From NCBI GenBank assembly GCA_038040195.1, contig JBBPIR010000002.1:69296-133295 (forward strand): a DNA stretch of 64,000 nucleotides. The letters are read 5' to 3'. This document shows, piece by piece, positions 17,637-27,091 of this stretch (position 1 is its first letter; each line of letters starts with the position of its first letter). Under the pieces are notes generated by a model. It was not told the origin of the DNA. It ran no database searches and saw nothing but the letters and a program-made list of their open reading frames with translations. The translations under genes were made by a program, and so were the position numbers. This DNA is from Chloroflexota bacterium (GTDB taxonomy: Bacteria > Chloroflexota > Limnocylindria > QHBO01).

Positions 17637-19205
17637 GTGCCCCGCCGACCGACGACGCCGGCCTGGTCCGGGCTGGTCCTTGCGGCCCTCACCTTCCTCG
17701 TCCTCGCGTCATCCGCGAACCTGAGCGCCTCGGCCGGCGGCCGGCCGCTGCGCTACCTGGGGGGTGTGATGGGGACCCTCGATCCGGCGTACATCGCGGA
17801 CGCTGCGGACGTCCAGCTGCTCCTTCAGCTGTATGCCGGTCTGACCCGGATCGACGAGCAGGGCTCGGTGTACGGCTCGCTGGCCGAAGGCTGGACGGTG
17901 AGTGACGACGGGCAGACGTACACCTTCCGACTGCGCGACGACCTCCGCTTCAGCGACGGGACCCCGCTCATCTCCGCCGACGTGCGCCGCTCGTGGTTGC
18001 GGGTCCTCGACCCGGCCACCGGTGCCCTGGCGCCCGACGTCCTGACCGTCATTGACGGGGCGGCCGAATGGCGGTCCGGCGTCGGTTCGGCCGATGAGGT
18101 CGGGATCGAGGCGCCCGACGAGCGGACGCTGATCGTCCACCTCCGGCACGCCGCCAGCCATTTCCCGGCTCTGGTCGCCACTCCCACCGCGGCCGTGGTG
18201 CCGGCAGCGGCCGACAACTCGCCGGATTGGCAGTCGGTCGACGACTTCGTCGGGTCGGGACCGTACCGGGTCGACCGCCTGGACGGCACCACCCTGGTCC
18301 TCACCGCAAACCCGGAGTACGTCGCCGGCCCGCCTCCCATCGGTCAGGTCGATTGGCTGGCCCAGGTGGACACGAGTGCTCCCGAGGCGTTTGTCGCGGA
18401 AGAGGTCGACCTGGTCAACGTGTTCGCGGGCGACGCCTCGTGGATCGCATACGACGCGTCCCTTGGGCCTTACCTCCACCGGGCCGCCGCCCTCAGCGTT
18501 CAGTATTTCGGCTTCGATACCACTCGGCCGCCCTTCGACGACTCCCGCGTGCGGCGAGCCTTCCTGCTCGCCCTGGACCGACCGCGCCTGGTCGAGCTCG
18601 CCGCAGGGTCGGCCGCCACCGCCGCCACCAGTCTCGTGCCACCGGCCCTGTGGCCGGACGGCGTCCCGGAGGACGAGGCAGCCGACCCGGACGAGGCTCG
18701 GCGCCTGCTGCGGGAGGCGGGGTACGCATCGGGGGCCGATCTGGGCCAGATCACGGTCAACGCAACTTCCCTGAACGTGGCGCCCGCGGTCGCGGTCTGG
18801 CGCGAGGCGCTGGGGGTGGACATCGCGATCGAGTCCATGGACTTCACTGATTTCCTCCGGATCCTGCCCGAACGACCACCCCAGGTGTTCACCATCAGCT
18901 GGATCACGGACTACCCGTCCCCGTACGCCCTGTATGGCCTCCTCCTGCTGCCGGACGCGGCCTCCAACTACGGGGGCTGGACCGATGCGGAGTTCGTCCG
19001 GCTCATGGAGGACGCGGCCCGTGCCACCGACCCCGGGGAGCAGCGATCGGCGTACCTGGGGGTGGAGGCTGAGGTCGACGCCCAGGCGCCGGTCATCCCG
19101 TGGTCGTGGGACGTCTCGCACTGGCTGGTTCGCGACGGGCTCAACGGAGTCGGCAACCTGACCGTGGGCCTGCTGGACCTGGGGAGGGTGTCGTGGGCCG
19201 ACTGA
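17637..19205 (+). CDS. ABC transporter substrate-binding protein, family 5 (peptide/nickel type).
   Basis: N-terminal signal peptide. SBP_bac_5-like sequence throughout. No permease or ATPase genes adjacent. Confidence 0.8.
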   Translation: MPRRPTTPAWSGLVLAALTFLVLASSANLSASAGGRPLRYLGGVMGTLDPAYIADAADVQLLLQLYAGLTRIDEQGSVYGSLAEGWTVSDDGQTYTFRLRDDLRFSDGTPLISADVRRSWLRVLDPATGALAPDVLTVIDGAAEWRSGVGSADEVGIEAPDERTLIVHLRHAASHFPALVATPTAAVVPAAADNSPDWQSVDDFVGSGPYRVDRLDGTTLVLTANPEYVAGPPPIGQVDWLAQVDTSAPEAFVAEEVDLVNVFAGDASWIAYDASLGPYLHRAAALSVQYFGFDTTRPPFDDSRVRRAFLLALDRPRLVELAAGSAATAATSLVPPALWPDGVPEDEAADPDEARRLLREAGYASGADLGQITVNATSLNVAPAVAVWREALGVDIAIESMDFTDFLRILPERPPQVFTISWITDYPSPYALYGLLLLPDAASNYGGWTDAEFVRLMEDAARATDPGEQRSAYLGVEAEVDAQAPVIPWSWDVSHWLVRDGLNGVGNLTVGLLDLGRVSWAD

Positions 19206-20515
19206 GCCGCGTCACGGCCCCGGTGCTCCTGGGCGGGCTCCTCAGCGGGCTGCTCGCCGTGCTCGTCGTGGCGCCGGCACCCAGCCGCGCCGGCGGCGGC
19301 TTCGGTGACCTGCAGGCCGATGCCACATTCGGGGTGGACATGACCTTCTCGGCGAGCTGGACCGGGGCGCCACCCGATCGGGTGGAGCTCCTGCTCGGCT
19401 TTGGCGGCGAGGAACGCCTGGTCGTCCCGGTCGAACTCGTTTCCGGGCGGCTCGACTATCGCCGCGACCTGGCCGATGGCTACGTCCCGCCCAACACCTC
19501 GGTCGCTTACCGATGGCGGGCGGTCATCGGCAGCCAGGTCACGCTCAGTCCCGAACGGTCGCTCCTGTACGACGACGACCGCCCTGGGCTCGACTGGCAC
19601 CAGGCGCAAGTCGGCTCGGCGATGGTGCATTGGTACGATGCCAACGAGACCATCGCGCGCCGCTTCGGTGAGCTCGCCGGCGGGGCCGCCGATGCCGCCG
19701 CGGATCTGCTCGGGCACCCACTCGCTGACCCGATCGATATCTTCGTCTACGACGCGCGCGAGGACTTCCAGGGAGCCGTTGGGCCCGGCGCGCGAGAGTG
19801 GGTCGGGGCTGCCACCTACCCGCACCTGCGCACCGTGTACATGTGGCTGGGCGCCGGGTCCACCGCCTACCTCGAGACCACGCTCGGCCACGAGGTCACC
19901 CACGTCGTGTTCCGCGACGCCACCGCCAACCCGTTCCATGGGCCGGCCACCTGGCTCGACGAGGGGGTGGCCACCTGGTCCGAGGTGGGCAACGCCGACA
20001 CAGAACGCGATCTGGTGAGCCTGGAGGCGCGCAGTCCCGATGGCCTGATGGCCTTCGCTGCGCTGACCGACCAGTTTCCCATCGACCGCCGCGGCGCCAA
20101 CCTGGCCTACGCGGAGGGCACGACCATGGTCGACCTGATCATCCACGACTTCGGCACCGATGCCATGGCCGCCATCGCCGAGGCGTATCGGTCCGGCGCG
20201 ACCGACGAGGATGCCATCCTGGCCGGGACGGGCGTCAGCTTGGAAACACTGCGTGGCGAGTTCTTCGCCGCGTTCGGCGTGTCGGAGCCGGAGCCGGTCG
20301 AGCCACTCCCGCTTGGTCGGTCGGACGTCCCCATCCCGCCCCAGGCGGGGGTGGAACCGGCCCCGTCCGCCGAGCCCCAGCCCACCTCGGGCGAGTCGCA
20401 GGACGCGGCGTGGTGGCTCATCATCGGGTTCGTGGCGCTTGGAGCGGTGTTTGTCGCAACGGTTGTCGTGCGGTCGCGCCGCACCCGGCCCCCGGCGGGG
20501 GGAGGCGAACGTTGA
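19193..20515 (+). CDS. HExxH zinc metallopeptidase-like protein (MA clan) with a C-terminal TM anchor.
   Basis: GHEVTHVVF...WLDEGVATWSE. Signal-like N-terminus. C-terminal helix WWLIIGFVALGAVFVATVVV. GGGGAGGG ribosome-binding site before the GTG at 19193. Confidence 0.6.
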   Translation: MGRLSRVTAPVLLGGLLSGLLAVLVVAPAPSRAGGGFGDLQADATFGVDMTFSASWTGAPPDRVELLLGFGGEERLVVPVELVSGRLDYRRDLADGYVPPNTSVAYRWRAVIGSQVTLSPERSLLYDDDRPGLDWHQAQVGSAMVHWYDANETIARRFGELAGGAADAAADLLGHPLADPIDIFVYDAREDFQGAVGPGAREWVGAATYPHLRTVYMWLGAGSTAYLETTLGHEVTHVVFRDATANPFHGPATWLDEGVATWSEVGNADTERDLVSLEARSPDGLMAFAALTDQFPIDRRGANLAYAEGTTMVDLIIHDFGTDAMAAIAEAYRSGATDEDAILAGTGVSLETLRGEFFAAFGVSEPEPVEPLPLGRSDVPIPPQAGVEPAPSAEPQPTSGESQDAAWWLIIGFVALGAVFVATVVVRSRRTRPPAGGGER

Positions 20516-21273
20516 TGGCGCCGGGCAGCGAGACGCGGCGCCGGCGGGTCCGATCGGGGTGGGTGCTGAGCATGGCGCTGGCCCTGGGCGTGCTGGGGTT
20601 CGTGGCTGCCGCACAGTGGAACAGCGAGGTCCAGCGCGCGTCGTACACGACCTCCGCCCAGCAGGCACTCGGCGCGCAGGCCCTTACGCTCGAGCAGGAG
20701 CAGGAGGTGCTGCAAGCCCAACTGGCAGGGGTCGAGGCGGATCTGACCGAGATCCAGCATCAGAGCGAGGGGTCCCAGACAGCCCTGGCGGAAGTCAATC
20801 GGGCGGTCGGAGAGGCCCGGCTGGCCGCCGGCCTGACCGCGGTCAGCGGGCCGGGCATGGTGATCGAGATCGCCGACTCGCGCCGCACCGTGCCGGCGGG
20901 GGAGAATCCGGCCAACTACATCGTCCTGGCCGATGACCTGCGCGATCTGGTCGTCGCCCTGTGGCACGCGGGCGCGGAGGCCATCACGATCAACGGGGAG
21001 CGCCTGGTCGCCACCAGCTCAATCTACGGCGTCGGGTCAGCCGTGCTGGTCAACACCGGGTTCCTATCGCCCCCGTTCCGCATCGAGGCCATTGGTCCGG
21101 GCGACCTCGAGGAGCGCTTCCGCGTCGACGCCGCGTACCTGGGGCGGGTGGCGCAGCGAATCGAGGCCTTCGACCTGGAGTTCGCCACGCTCTCGGCCGA
21201 CGAGCTCCAGCTACCCGCGTTCATCGGCTCCACCAGCCTGCGCTGGGCGGTACCGGTCGAGGAGGCGCCCTGA
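20515..21273 (+). CDS. DUF881 family membrane protein (copy 1).
   Basis: N-terminal TM helix, coiled coil, GMVIEIADS...ITINGERL signature. Confidence 0.65.
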   Translation: MAPGSETRRRRVRSGWVLSMALALGVLGFVAAAQWNSEVQRASYTTSAQQALGAQALTLEQEQEVLQAQLAGVEADLTEIQHQSEGSQTALAEVNRAVGEARLAAGLTAVSGPGMVIEIADSRRTVPAGENPANYIVLADDLRDLVVALWHAGAEAITINGERLVATSSIYGVGSAVLVNTGFLSPPFRIEAIGPGDLEERFRVDAAYLGRVAQRIEAFDLEFATLSADELQLPAFIGSTSLRWAVPVEEAP

Positions 21274-21944
21274 TGCGCACCTGGGTGGCCCAGGTCAGCC
21301 TGGCGTTGATTGCGATGTTGATCGGGATCACGCTGGTGGCGCAGTTCCGCTCGCAGGCGCGCCCCACCGCGCTTTCGAGCCTGCCGGTCGCCGAACTGTC
21401 GACCCGGATCCAGACCCTGTCCGACGCGAACCGCCGGCTCCGGACCGCCTTGGCGGAACAACGCGACCTGCTGGAGGAGTATCAGGCGGCCGGCGCCCAG
21501 GGCTTCAGCGCACTCGACGTGAGTCGCGAGGAGGTGCGGCGGATTCGCGCCTTTACCGGGCTGTCCGGGGTCGAGGGCCAGGGGATCCGGGTGCGGGTGA
21601 GCGGGTCGCTGGACGCGATCGCGGTTAACGACCTGCTCAACGAGCTGCGGAACGCCGGCGCCGAGGCGCTGAGCCTGGACGACGTTCGAGTCACCGCCTC
21701 GTCGGTCGTGGTCCAGGGAGCCCGAACGCTCGAGATCGACAATGTGGCTATCGGTCGGACCTTCACGCTGCTCGCGATCGGCGATGCCGACGGGTTGGTG
21801 GCAGCCCTCCAACGGCCAGGCGGCATCGTGACCCAGCTCGAGCAGTTCGTAAGAGCCACCATCACGGTCAGCCCATCGGAAGCGCTCCATCTGCCGGCGA
21901 CCGCCCGGGACCTGGCTCCGCGGGCGGCCGTCCCGGTCGAATGA
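21273..21944 (+). CDS. DUF881 family membrane protein (copy 2).
   Basis: Paralog of the preceding gene (GIRVRVSG...VAIGRTF). ATGA overlap. Confidence 0.65.
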   Translation: MRTWVAQVSLALIAMLIGITLVAQFRSQARPTALSSLPVAELSTRIQTLSDANRRLRTALAEQRDLLEEYQAAGAQGFSALDVSREEVRRIRAFTGLSGVEGQGIRVRVSGSLDAIAVNDLLNELRNAGAEALSLDDVRVTASSVVVQGARTLEIDNVAIGRTFTLLAIGDADGLVAALQRPGGIVTQLEQFVRATITVSPSEALHLPATARDLAPRAAVPVE

Positions 21945-21957
21945 GGGCGCCCGACCA

Positions 21958-23406
21958 ATGAACGACCTGATCGAACGCGCCATTGACGCGGCCACCGGCT
22001 CGGGAGCCGCATATGCCGACGTCCGGATCGTCGAGCATCAGGCGGAGTCGCTGACGGTCAAGAACGGTTCGCTGGCCGCCGCGAGCAGCGAACGGTCTGC
22101 GGGCTTTGCCGTTCGCGTGCTGGTCGAGGGTGCGTGGGGATTCGCCTCCAGCCAGGACCTCAGCCTGGACGAATCCCAGCGCGTGGCACGTCAAGCGGTG
22201 GCCATTGCCCGGGCCAGCCGGCTGGCGGGCGGGCCGGCGGTGGTGCTTGACGACACGGCGCCCGCAGCCGGCCACTGGGGCACGCCCTACCTCGAAGACC
22301 CCTTCGCCGTGTCGTTCGAGGACAAGCTGCGCATCCTGTTCGAGGCGGACGCGGCGATGGCCCAGGCCCGCGGGATCACCCTGCGTGAGGCGACCATGGA
22401 GGCCGCCCGCGACCGGAAGCTGTTCGGGTCCAGCGAAGGAGCTCGCCTGGAGCAGGACCTCGTGTCGTGCGGCGCCGGCATCGTGGCGACCGCCGTCAAC
22501 GATCAGGAGGCTCAGGAGCGCAGCTATCCGAAGTCACTCGGCGGTCAGGTGGTGGGTGGCGGATTCGAGGCCATCCGGGACATGGATCTGTCCGGACACG
22601 GGCAGCGGATCGCCGAGGAAGCGGTGGCCCTGCTGGACGCCCCCCAATGCCCCTCTGGCGAGATGACCGTCATCCTCGAAGCCTCCCAGGTCGCGATCCA
22701 GGTCCACGAGTCGTGCGGTCACCCCACCGAGCTGGATCGGGCCCTCGGCATGGAGGCGTCCTTCGCCGGCACCAGCTTCCTGACCGTGGACCGCCTGGAC
22801 CGGTTTCGGTACGGGTCGGACATCGTGAACATTGATGCCGACGCCACCGCACCCGGCGGGCTCGGGACGTTCGGATGGGACGACGAGGGCGTGTCGGCTC
22901 AAAACGTCCCCCTTGTCAGCGGCGGCCAGTTCGTCGGCTACCTCACCTCACGCGAAACGGCCCCGGTCATCAACCGGCGCTCAATGGGCAGCAGCCGGGC
23001 AGCCAGCTGGCGCAATCTGCCGCTGATCCGGATGACGAACGTGAGCCTGCGCCCCGGCGAGGCCGGAAGCCTGGACGACCTCATCGCCGATACGGACGAG
23101 GGCATCCTGCTCGGGACCAACCGATCGTGGTCCATCGACGAGCGGAGGCTGAACTTCCAGTTCGGGACCCAGGTCGGTTGGCTCATTCGGAAGGGCAAGT
23201 TGGCGGGGATGGTCCGCAACCCGACCTACACCGGGATCACACCGCGGTTCTGGGGATCGTGCGATGCGATCTGCGGTCCCGGCGCATGGACGCAGTGGGG
23301 CGAGCCGTACTGCGGCAAGGGGGAGCCGATGCAGACTGCCAGCGTGGGCCATGGGGCAGCGCCCGCGCGCTTCCGCAACGTGCAGGTCGGGGTCGGCCAG
23401 TGGTAG
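21958..23406 (+). CDS. tldD: Metalloprotease TldD.
   Basis: HESCGH motif. PmbA_TldD fold over the full length. Confidence 0.85.
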   Translation: MNDLIERAIDAATGSGAAYADVRIVEHQAESLTVKNGSLAAASSERSAGFAVRVLVEGAWGFASSQDLSLDESQRVARQAVAIARASRLAGGPAVVLDDTAPAAGHWGTPYLEDPFAVSFEDKLRILFEADAAMAQARGITLREATMEAARDRKLFGSSEGARLEQDLVSCGAGIVATAVNDQEAQERSYPKSLGGQVVGGGFEAIRDMDLSGHGQRIAEEAVALLDAPQCPSGEMTVILEASQVAIQVHESCGHPTELDRALGMEASFAGTSFLTVDRLDRFRYGSDIVNIDADATAPGGLGTFGWDDEGVSAQNVPLVSGGQFVGYLTSRETAPVINRRSMGSSRAASWRNLPLIRMTNVSLRPGEAGSLDDLIADTDEGILLGTNRSWSIDERRLNFQFGTQVGWLIRKGKLAGMVRNPTYTGITPRFWGSCDAICGPGAWTQWGEPYCGKGEPMQTASVGHGAAPARFRNVQVGVGQW

Positions 23407-24749
23407 GCCGCGACGTGGCGGCGGCCGCGCTGGCTCGACTCGGACCCGGCTATGAGGGTGAAGCCTCGGTCATCCAGCGCCACGCGGCATTGACCCGATT
23501 CGCGGGGTCGCGGATTCACCAGAATTTGGCCGAGGAGGACGCCACGCTCCGGGTCCGGATTCGCCACGACGGGCGGACCGGCGTGGCGGTCACCAACCGG
23601 CTGAGCCCAGCCGGCCTGGAAGAGGTCGTGGCTCGGGCCGCCTTGATCGCTGCCCACGCGGCGCCGGAGGCCGACCCGCCTCCCCTGGCCGAGCCGCCGG
23701 GCGAATCGGTCGACTCAGACCTGGGCTGGATCGAGGCCACTGCGGCCGCGGACCCCGGGGACCGTGCCGCGGGTGCGCGCACCGTGATCGATGCCGGAGT
23801 CGCCCGCGGGCTGACTGCCAGCGGGGCGTTCTCGACCGAGGCCCAGCACCGCACGGTGGTCAACACCGGCGGGCTGGTGGCGTCGCATCGGGTCACCCAG
23901 GCCAGGCTGGTGACCGTCATGCACGGACTGGCCGGAGAGACCGGCTATGCCCAGTCCATCTCCACCGACCTGGCCACCATCGATGCGGCGGCGGTCGGCG
24001 AGGAAGCGGCAGAGCGGACGGCCCGGGCGGCCGACCCCACCGACCTCGCGCCCGGGGAGTACCAGGTCGTGCTGGGCGAGTATGCCGTGGCGGAGATCCT
24101 GGAGTACCTGGCCTTCATGGCGTTTTCGGGACTCGCGATCGAGGAAGGTCGCGCCTGCATCGAGCTGGGACAACCTGCCTTCGGCTCCAACGTGACCATC
24201 TGGGATGACGGGCAGGACCCGGCCGGGGTCCCGACCGCGATCGACTTCGAAGGCGTCACCAAGCAGCGGGTCGACCTCGTCTCGCAGGGCGTGGCCCGCC
24301 AGACGGCGCACGACGGCGCGACCGCCCACCGCGCGGGGGTCCCGCGCACCGGACATGGGCTGCCGGCGCCCAATACCTTCGGTCCGTTGTGCTGGAACTT
24401 GTTCATGGCTGCGGGCGACGCGCCGCGCTCGTCGCTCACCCAGGGCGTCGAACGGGGCTTGCTCGTCACCCGCTTCCACTACGTGAACATCGTCCATCCC
24501 AAGAAGGGCATCCTGACCGGGATGACCCGAGACGGGACGTTTCTGATCGAGAAGGGAGCGGTCACCGGCCCGGTACGGAACCTGCGGTTCACGCAATCGA
24601 TCCCGGATGCCTTCTCGCGCATCTCGGCCATCGCAGCCGAAACTCGCCTGGTGGGAGCCGACTACACCGGGATCGTCAGCCGCGTGCCCGCGGTGCGGAT
24701 CGACGGCTGGAACTTCACCGGCGCGACCGCCAACGAGGCCAACGTCTGA
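23400..24749 (+). CDS. pmbA: Metalloprotease PmbA/TldE.
   Basis: TldD/PmbA family sequence lacking the HExxxH motif, as expected for TldE. A GTG start overlaps the tldD stop. Confidence 0.75.
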   Translation: MVGRDVAAAALARLGPGYEGEASVIQRHAALTRFAGSRIHQNLAEEDATLRVRIRHDGRTGVAVTNRLSPAGLEEVVARAALIAAHAAPEADPPPLAEPPGESVDSDLGWIEATAAADPGDRAAGARTVIDAGVARGLTASGAFSTEAQHRTVVNTGGLVASHRVTQARLVTVMHGLAGETGYAQSISTDLATIDAAAVGEEAAERTARAADPTDLAPGEYQVVLGEYAVAEILEYLAFMAFSGLAIEEGRACIELGQPAFGSNVTIWDDGQDPAGVPTAIDFEGVTKQRVDLVSQGVARQTAHDGATAHRAGVPRTGHGLPAPNTFGPLCWNLFMAAGDAPRSSLTQGVERGLLVTRFHYVNIVHPKKGILTGMTRDGTFLIEKGAVTGPVRNLRFTQSIPDAFSRISAIAAETRLVGADYTGIVSRVPAVRIDGWNFTGATANEANV

Positions 24750-24961
24750 TGGCCGTCCCGGTGGAGCTTCAGCTCGGCGATCGGATCACGCTCCGCAAGG
24801 CCCATCCCTGCGGCGGGCACGCCTGGACGGTGGTCCGGTTGGGCGCTGACATCGGCCTGACGTGCGACCAATGTGGCCACCGCGTGCTTCTCGACCGGCT
24901 GGTGGTCGAGCGCCGCTACACCGGCCACCTGGCGCGGGGACCACGGGAGCCGGACGCGTGA
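24749..24961 (+). CDS. DUF951 family small protein.
   Basis: GDRITLRKAHPCGGHAWTVVRLGADIGLTCDQCGHRVLL conserved pattern. ATGA overlap with pmbA. Confidence 0.6.
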   Translation: MAVPVELQLGDRITLRKAHPCGGHAWTVVRLGADIGLTCDQCGHRVLLDRLVVERRYTGHLARGPREPDA

Positions 24962-26340
24962 CCCACATCGAGCTGGCGGAAAAGGAGCCCGGTCTTCCAC
25001 CCGGTACCGGCAGCATCTTCCGCAATCGCAACTTCGTGCTGCTGTGGTCGGCCCAGGTCCTGAGCCAGCTGGCCGGCAACATGGTCCTGGCGGCCCTCAT
25101 GGCGGTCGTGGTGGGCGCCACCCAGTCGAACACTGCCAACGCGCTCTTGATCCTGACCTTCCTGGGCCCGGCGGTGGTGTTCAGCGCACTGGCCGGTGTC
25201 CTGGTCGAACGCAGCGACGCGCGGCTGATCATGATCGCCTCCAACCTGGCACGGGCAGTGGGATCCGCGCTATTCCTCTTCGTCGGCAGTCACGTGCTGG
25301 CCATCCTGGTCCTGAACTTTGCGATCTCGACCGTCAGCGCCTTCTTCGCTCCGGCTGAGCTGACGGCCATCCCGAGGCTCCTCGAGCGCCGCCATCTGAT
25401 GGCCGCCAACTCGATTTTCATCCTGACCGTGAACGCCACCTTTGGCCTCGGTTTCGGGGTCATCGGGCCGCTCATCCTCACCACCCTGGGGCCGGATGCG
25501 GTGTACGTCGTGGTCGCCGTCATGTTGGCCCTGGCCTCGCTGGCCATCCTCCCGCTCCCCAGCGTCAAGGCCGAGAAGGCGCCGACACCCCTCCACGCCG
25601 GGCGCGCGCTGACCCACGTCGTGGACGAAATCCGTGAGGGGATTGCCTTCGTGGGGCGCACGCCACAGATCGCCTGGTCGCTCCGCTACCTCGGCATCGG
25701 GGCCTCGATCATCGGGATCCTGGGCGCGCTGGGACCGGGATTCGCGACCACCATCCTGGGTCTGACTGCGGAGGACATCTTCTTCATCATGGGGCCGGCT
25801 GGACTCGGCGCCGTGATGGGCATCCTGTTCATCAACTCATTCGGGCAGGACCTCCCTCGTCGGCTGCTCATCGACGTCGGCCTGGTGCTGACCGCCGCCA
25901 TGATGCTGGCCATCGCCCTGGTTCGTCCCATCGTCGACGTCCTGAGCCCCGCCCTGCAGCCAATCGAGGCGAACCTGCCGACCCTGATGGCGTCCGCGCT
26001 GTCGCTCGTGGCGCTTGTCATCGCCATCGCGTTTGGTGCCGGGATCGCGTACGCGCTGATTGCCATTCCGGCCCAGACCGCACTCCAGGAGGAACTCCCG
26101 GTCGAAGTGCGCGGACGCATCTTCGGCATCCTCAACACCCTGCTGTCGGTGGCGTCGTTCTTCCCGGTATTGGCCGCCCCGATTCTCGCCGACCTGGTGA
26201 ATATCCTGCTGCCCGGACTCGGGATTCCCGCCGTCCTCCTGAGCCTGTCGATCGTCGTTGCCTGGGTGGCGTTCATCTCGTGGCGTCAGAACGCCGCCCT
26301 CGGCCTTCACCAGCGCCAACCGCGCGACGGCCCATCCTGA
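24958..26340 (+). CDS. MFS transporter.
   Basis: 12 predicted TM helices and a typical MFS loop motif. The GTG start overlaps the preceding stop. Confidence 0.75.
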   Translation: MTHIELAEKEPGLPPGTGSIFRNRNFVLLWSAQVLSQLAGNMVLAALMAVVVGATQSNTANALLILTFLGPAVVFSALAGVLVERSDARLIMIASNLARAVGSALFLFVGSHVLAILVLNFAISTVSAFFAPAELTAIPRLLERRHLMAANSIFILTVNATFGLGFGVIGPLILTTLGPDAVYVVVAVMLALASLAILPLPSVKAEKAPTPLHAGRALTHVVDEIREGIAFVGRTPQIAWSLRYLGIGASIIGILGALGPGFATTILGLTAEDIFFIMGPAGLGAVMGILFINSFGQDLPRRLLIDVGLVLTAAMMLAIALVRPIVDVLSPALQPIEANLPTLMASALSLVALVIAIAFGAGIAYALIAIPAQTALQEELPVEVRGRIFGILNTLLSVASFFPVLAAPILADLVNILLPGLGIPAVLLSLSIVVAWVAFISWRQNAALGLHQRQPRDGPS

Positions 26341-26397
26341 GCCGCCCTCTTCTCACGCTGCGGCGGCGGGCGTACCATTCGATCAGGACCTTCGTGC

Positions 26398-26655
26398 ATG
26401 ACTGACCCACAGGACCCGACCAGAGCGTTCGACGTGGACGGTGGAGCGTCCAGGTCGGTTGGCCCCGGGTCGAGTTCGCCGCCGTTCGACCCGACGACCG
26501 TCGATTTCGGCCACTACGCGGGTCGCAAGCTCGAGGAGCTGGCCGAGTCGGATCCGTCGTACCTGTACTGGCTGGCACGTCATCCATCCGGCGCCCGATA
26601 CCGCGCCGAGATCGCCCGGGTCCTGGGCGCTCGGCTGCAGCCGCAGGACTACTGA
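26398..26655 (+). CDS. DUF3820-like small protein.
   Basis: FGHYAGRKLEEL...DPSYLYWL resembles the DUF3820 core motif FGKYKG...YL.WL. Confidence 0.5.
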   Translation: MTDPQDPTRAFDVDGGASRSVGPGSSSPPFDPTTVDFGHYAGRKLEELAESDPSYLYWLARHPSGARYRAEIARVLGARLQPQDY

Positions 26656-26830
26656 TCCGGCGAAGGCGCGCCGTACGATCCCGCCCGTAACGGCCTCGTG
26701 ACCGACCGCCGCGACGGGGTAGCAGCGAGGCGGGAGTAATCGGCTCACCAAAGACCTCTGGTACGATCCCGGTCGGCTCAAGGAGCGCGATGCCGTGCAG
26801 GCAAGTGGTCATTCTGAGCACGAAAACCGC

Positions 26831-26907
26831 GGGCGGCTAGCTCAGCTGGTTAGAGCACTTGCTTGACATGCAAGAGGTCACTGGTTCGAGTCCAGTGTCG
26901 CCCACCA
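26831..26907 (+). tRNA. tRNA-Val (anticodon GAC), CCA encoded.
   Basis: GGGCGGC acceptor stem, GCTC-AGCTGGTTA-GAGC D-arm, anticodon stem CTTGC/GCAAG with loop TTGACAT, T-arm ACTGG-TTCGAGT-CCAGT, then ...GTCGCCCACCA. Confidence 0.8.
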
Positions 26908-26989
26908 CCCACCAGTTTGACCTCAAATTGACCGCAAGACTGCTTGGCGGTGACTACCGCCGACGGAAGCCGGATAGGACCAAAGCGTT

Positions 26990-27020
26990 GTTGACTGTCA
27001 ACGCTCCGCGACGATATAAG
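26990..27020 (+). promoter_or_regulatory. Sigma70-like promoter (TTGACT - 18 nt - TATAAG) overlapped by a perfect 13-bp palindrome GTTGACtGTCAAC.
   Basis: AT-richer island between tRNA-Val and the ice-binding-like gene. The -35 hexamer lies inside the palindrome, giving operator-like geometry. Confidence 0.4.
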
Positions 27021-27091
27021 TGACTAAACTCTCGCGAAGCTAGCCGTGCCCGCCTCGACGGGACGATCGCAGCGAAAGGAATGGACGGCAA

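Noticed and set aside
17709-19121. 470-aa minus-strand ORF antisense to the substrate-binding protein gene.
   Set aside because: It has no motifs and an Arg/Gly/Val-rich composition. The plus strand has a full SBP family 5 domain and a signal peptide.
10439-26907. Integrative element or genomic island bounded by the two tRNA genes.
   Set aside because: There is no integrase, recombinase, transposase or direct repeat of a tRNA 3-prime end, and the intervening genes are ordinary chromosomal functions with uniform GC content.
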